NCBI GenBank assembly: GCA_964016885.1
Contig: OZ024746.1
Span: forward strand, 58,776,001-58,840,000
Reading direction: 5' to 3'
Source: Eledone cirrhosa
Taxonomy: Eukaryota
DNA: 64,000 nt
Under the pieces are notes generated by a model. It saw nothing but the letters and a program-made list of their open reading frames with translations. It did no database searches and had not been told where the DNA came from. Positions 59,642-64,000 of this stretch are shown here, in pieces. How positions within the stretch are numbered: the stretch's first letter is position 1; each line of letters opens with the position of its first letter. The translations under genes were made by a program, and so were the position numbers.

Positions 59642-61806
59642 CTAGTCTACCCCCCCCCCCCCCGGGTCATTATGGGGTTTGAGGGCGAGGTAAGTCCTAC
59701 GCAATCTATGTTTACATGCAGTAACCAGTTCATCTTTCTTGTTTAGGAGTTGGTCCGTCGAAAACAGCATTTGTAAAGTTTCCTCCGAGCATAAATTGCA
59801 CGGACGGCGTCCTCCCGTGTAAGAATTGGCTCTGGACAGTAATCTCCAAGTGAGATCATAGGTGAATTTGTTGTCCTTGAGGTCCCATATGTGGCCCGAA
59901 AGTGTAGTGGCGTGACGCCGGGCCGGGTTTCGGAAGGTATGTCTATGTTGGTATAGCCGGGTCTTGAAGTCACATGCGGTAAGTCCTATATAGGCTTTGT
60001 TGGAGGTATCCGTCCTCACGTTGCACTGGTAGATCACATTACGGTCTCTGCATCTATTGTCGAGTGGGCAAATAGATCTATCCGGGCAGTTACACCTCCT
60101 GGTCGGTTCTCCACTGCTAATTAGGTTATTTCTGCCATCGGGGTTGAGTTTTTTGTTGTTAGAGGAGACGATGTTTTGTGCGAAGTTTGGTGTAGTGCTG
60201 TAAGAGAGTTTGATGGTATTTTTGTTAATTATGTTGTGGTAGCGGTGTTGTAATGGGAAGTGTTTTTCAATGAGCCTAAAGAATAGTTTCCCGATGGGAG
60301 TAGTCACCTCTGCGTTGTGGGGAGGATTGAACCATGTTACATTGCGTGAGCGGCGGTGTCTCCTGCTGGTTCCGCTAATGGGAGCTGGACAGTAGGATAT
60401 TTCCTCCCGGAAACCACTCCGCTTGAGGGCCTGGTTGTAATAAGGCGCATGTTCATCGAATATCCGCTCATTAGCTGACAAACGGGATATGCGGAGGGAG
60501 ATGTTTTTGTCCAGGTTGTTTGTGATGTTCCTAGGATGGTTTGATCGGCGGTGGATGTAGTGCAGATTGTCATTAGGTTTCCTGTATGGGTAGTACAGGT
60601 CGTTTTCGAGGTCGAGGGTTATGTCCAGGAAGTTTACTCGAGTCAGGGACGTTTGTAGGGTTATTTTAAATCCCCAGTCGCGGAAGAATCTGATTAATTG
60701 TTTCCGGACCCGATCTGTACTACTGGGGTTGTAACCTTTAAGGGTAAGGAGCCCATCATCACGGTACAATCCACCACCGAATGCAGGAAACATATCAGTG
60801 AGTTTGGCTATTAGGAATAATCCTATAAGATCAGTGACCTCCGCCGAATCCGTGGCGCCCATGCTGACGTCGAAGGGTGAGTCGGGAGCTCTTTTTATCC
60901 ATTTAGAGTCGTCAAAGAGTAAGACTGTCTTCCTGGCGTGGAGGATGATTTTTCTTTCCTGGTCGGTAATGGGCACGAGTGTTTCGGCGAAGTCCAAGGC
61001 GGCAGTAAGTAGCGGTAAGGTGATTGAAGCATAGTAGCTCTCTATGTCGAACTGTATGAATTTAGTTTCTCGTTTATCCTCCATATTGCTGAACCAGGAG
61101 ATTACTTCCTGGGTGTTAACCATAGGCTAAGTCGGGTGTGTTGCTTGACTTTTGGTATCACGCGGTCTAGGATTTTTTTGCTGATTCTCCCTATGTCGGA
61201 CTTCGTTGGGTTAATAAGCCTGATGGAGGGTTTACGGTCAAAATCGGATTTATGGTCCTTCAGTGTGAAGTATGGTGTCCGTGGGTCTAGAGGTTCCGTG
61301 CGGTCGGCGACCCCGAGGCTGGAGATGATTTGTTGTCCATCTCGATTTATGTCCTCGATACAAGAGTGGTTGGCCTTTTTATAGGTGGAGTTTAGGCTGC
61401 TCCTGATCAGTGTGTGGTATCTGTCAGGGTTGACAAAGTATAGGTTCCCAGTTTTATCCGAATGCACCATGATGTCATTTGTGTTATCATACTCTGTTAA
61501 GTTGCTACGGAGTTTTTGTAGGAATCGGTTGTGTCTGGGTTTAAATTTAATGTTCTTGACCAGTTGGAAGAGGTCATTCTCGAAGGGTGCGAGCAAGGGG
61601 TTCAGGGGCGGAGATTTGTAGGTAATAAATCCGAATCTCTCCTTGGTGCCGAAGTCTTGGTTGTCGCAATATCTGTCATAGAAAAAAGTTCTCCATCTAA
61701 GTCTTTTCGCAAATAGATCAATTTTTTGCGTGAGCATCCGAAGGTAAAGTTTTTTCGGTGGGATTGGGATGTTCTTGGTAGAGAAGTCAATGTTGTGTTT
61801 TCGCAT
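59642..61806 (-). CDS. PLE RT + GIY-YIG endonuclease polyprotein (~720 aa if restored), broken by a 1-nt frameshift at ~61118
   Basis: N-term MRKHNIDFSTKNIPIP, HSDKTGNLY, LKDHK..P..RLINP, FDIESYY, MGA..S, YRDDGL, FLDITLDL, WFNPP, CNC..CPL...C, NVIY..YIGLT..FKTRLYQH, CNLCSEE, CKH. The frame changes at TGG-TT-AAC (LSLW/NTQEVISWF). Confidence 0.9.
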
Positions 61807-61979
61807 GGTGCGGGTGAAATGAATTGAGCTTAGCAGAAAAGTCTGGATACGGCGTGGTAGGGTCGGAAAGTGCTCTACTACGGGAGTAGGAGCTAGATAA
61901 CGAAGGAAATGTGGTAAGGAACCAGGTGGACCATAACGCACCAAAGTACTCAATACTTGAGGTAGTAGAGTGGGTAATA

Positions 61980-62091
61980 GGAACCAGTAAGACCCCGACA
62001 GCTGAGCTCAAGCCGTTTCGACGGCTAATTCTGGACTAAATGAAAATTTATCCTGGTATTTAAATAGCCGATCTTCTCAAGGGGTAATTCC
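61980..62091 (-). ncRNA. pLTR hammerhead ribozyme (5' copy), identical to 58437-58548
   Basis: Same sequence offset by 3543 nt. Predicted cut ~190 nt upstream of the ATG at 61806. Confidence 0.85.
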
Positions 62092-63181
62092 ATATATGGT
62101 CAAAGTGATTGTCAAAAATCAGTAGTAATTCTGTGGTTGCAAATTAGTAGGGGAGATGGTGGCTAAACCTGCCAGTAGGAGAAAGAGGGGAGGGGGTGGA
62201 GTAGACCCAATCAAGCGTTGGTAGTGCCAGCTACAGCTGGGCATGAGGTCAAAGAAGATACAGGGGAGGGGGAGGGGGAGGAAGTCGGAACGGTAGGTAG
62301 AACAATGGGGGGTAGAAATAGGAAAGAAAAAATACTGAGAGTGAAGAAAAGCAAATAAGTGTAAAGAAAAAAGTAAAGTAAATTAAATTCTACGACCTAG
62401 GTGTCAGGCTATTGTTAGGCGAGAATAAAATAAAGAAAGAAAGAAGTAAATAAATAAATAAATAAATAAATAAGGAAATAAGTAAGAGAACTAGGTGGGA
62501 CGGATAAGGCAAGGACCCTTTTAAGAGGTATAAGTACGTAAATGATACGGTGACGGGTCAACAAAAGGGGCCAAAATACTAAAGAGACTACCACGAAATA
62601 AACAATAAAGGTTTCCATCCCGGGCCAGCAACGACCCAGTGCAGCAAAGTGAACTTGTACGAGATAATAATTCTGAGTCCCGAGAAAAATATATACTAAT
62701 GCTAACTCTAAAAGATCTAAAACAAGCTACATGAAAGTTCGTACGAAATAAAGGTAGAATACGGAGAAATAAATTCAGAATCCACCCCGCCCAGAAGAAA
62801 AGCGAAGCAAGAAATACTGAAACGAAAAAATAAGGCATGTGCCACTAAGAAATATAGAGGGCACAGAGAATAGTGGGAGCGGTCGGAAAAAGGGGGAAAA
62901 TATCCGGGGTCTAAGCCAACTGCTATAAAGGGCGGAGTCCGCCAAATCTATCAAAGACTAGGGGAGGGGGGGTGGGGGTACTAAGGCTACATGGGGCCAA
63001 AGGGCAGCCTCGGGTGGGCGAGAAAAGACGCCGACAAAGGAGAAGAGCTGGGGTAGAAGGACAAAGGAGAGAGGGGGGAAGGAAATAAAGGAAGCGATAA
63101 AAGAATACAAAGAAGATCTTACGTCTTCCTTGGCAAGCAGGGGTTACCCATTGCAAAATCGGCAACTGGGGTGTTATAGCC

Positions 63182-63496
63182 CTAGTCTACCCCCCCCCCC
63201 CGGGTCATTATGGGGTTTGAGGGCGAGGTAAGTCCTACGCAATCTATGTTTACATGCAGTAACCAGTTCATCTTTCTTGTTTAGGAGTTGGTCCGTCGAA
63301 AACAGCATTTGTAAAGTTTCCTCCGAGCATAAATTGCACGGACGGCGTCCTCCCGTGTAAGAATTGGCTCTGGACAGTAATCTCCAAGTGAGATCATAGG
63401 TGAATTTGTTGTCCTTGAGGTCCCATGTGTGGCCCGAAAGTGTAGTGGCGTGACGCCGGGCCGGGTTTCGGAAGGTATGTCTATGTTGGTATAGCC
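63182..63496 (-). pseudogene. Duplicated 3' end of the PLE ORF (GIY-YIG C-terminus) in the upstream partial unit
   Basis: LYQHRHTFRNPARRHATTLSGH.WDLKD...CNLCSEE...CKH, essentially identical to the C-terminus of the 59642 ORF. Confidence 0.9.
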
Positions 63497-63504
63497 TAAC
63501 TTTA

Positions 63505-63540
<36 letters not shown>

Positions 63541-63767
63541 TAAAGTTAGTCCTTCATCAGTGATTTTCCAACCTTCATTGGTATGTCATCGCTTTAAAGA
63601 CCATATACCTCCGGTTGGTGCGAGCAACGGCTAAAGAAAGTCGTTGGGACACGTAAATAAGGGGAACGAGCGAGACTGTAAACAATCAAAGATGGTAATG
63701 CAACGAAATGTGAGGAAGAAGGAGTCAAGTCCCAGAATTCTAGGAATATAAGTTCTGTGAAATCGTG

Positions 63768-63769
<2 letters not shown>

Positions 63770-63863
<94 letters not shown>

Positions 63864-63875
63864 AGAGAGAGAGAG
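63770..63875. repeat. (GA)n microsatellite
   Basis: Direct reading. Confidence 0.95.
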
Positions 63876-63972
63876 ATAATAGATATCTTTCTTTATTTGC
63901 CACAAGGATGTACAAGGGATATTACAAGACGTCAAAGCGGGGGTTTTACATAAAACTCGTATAAACATTAAT

Positions 63973-64000
63973 TAATTGTTTCTACTTTAGGCACAAGGCC
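63973..64000 (-). mobile_element. SINE tail truncated by the window edge
   Basis: AATTGTTTCTACTTTAGGCACAAGGCC equals the family tail. Confidence 0.8.

Larger units (their letters stand above)
58354..63496 (-). mobile_element. Young near-complete Naiad-type Penelope-like retroelement in partial tandem (pLTR) arrangement
   Basis: Direct repeats 58354-59958 and 61897-63496 differ, by my reading, by ~2 substitutions and 3 small indels. The ORF lies between them and the 3' end abuts (TA)n. Confidence 0.93.

Noticed and set aside
59642-61806. Selenoprotein/SECIS-type Naiad
   Set aside because: There is no in-frame TGA in the ORF, Cys positions use ordinary codons, and I could not identify a convincing SECIS.

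Overview
AT-rich, microsatellite-saturated eukaryotic DNA, probably an intergenic or large-intron region of an invertebrate. A coleoid cephalopod or octopod is my inference from the repeat landscape and is not verified. I can recognise no host protein-coding exon; almost all listed ORFs are microsatellite artefacts. The window is dominated by Penelope-like retroelements (PLEs). There is a young, near-complete Naiad-type PLE on the minus strand (58354-63496), with RT plus C-terminal GIY-YIG, one 1-nt frameshift and 1.6-kb partial tandem pseudo-LTRs. There are also two older Naiad-type relics, a 5'-truncated Neptune-type copy with an inverted 3' end, and many short PLE-end fragments sitting in (TA)n arrays. 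The main hidden signal is an unusually dense set of type I hammerhead ribozyme (HHR) motifs folded by eye: about 12 with intact-looking cores plus about 8 decayed, from roughly 10 sequence families. They include a U3-A8 compensatory core variant, a recurrent U10.1/U11.1 variant, very long stem II inserts and a non-coding 518-nt HHR tandem unit resembling a retrozyme. Also present are tRNA-derived SINE clusters with TSDs, a decayed hAT transposase interrupted by a hAT MITE, a 3.5-kb 30-bp minisatellite with higher-order structure, several (TA)n-centred palindromes and a 200-N gap. All structures were read manually; none was computed or searched.
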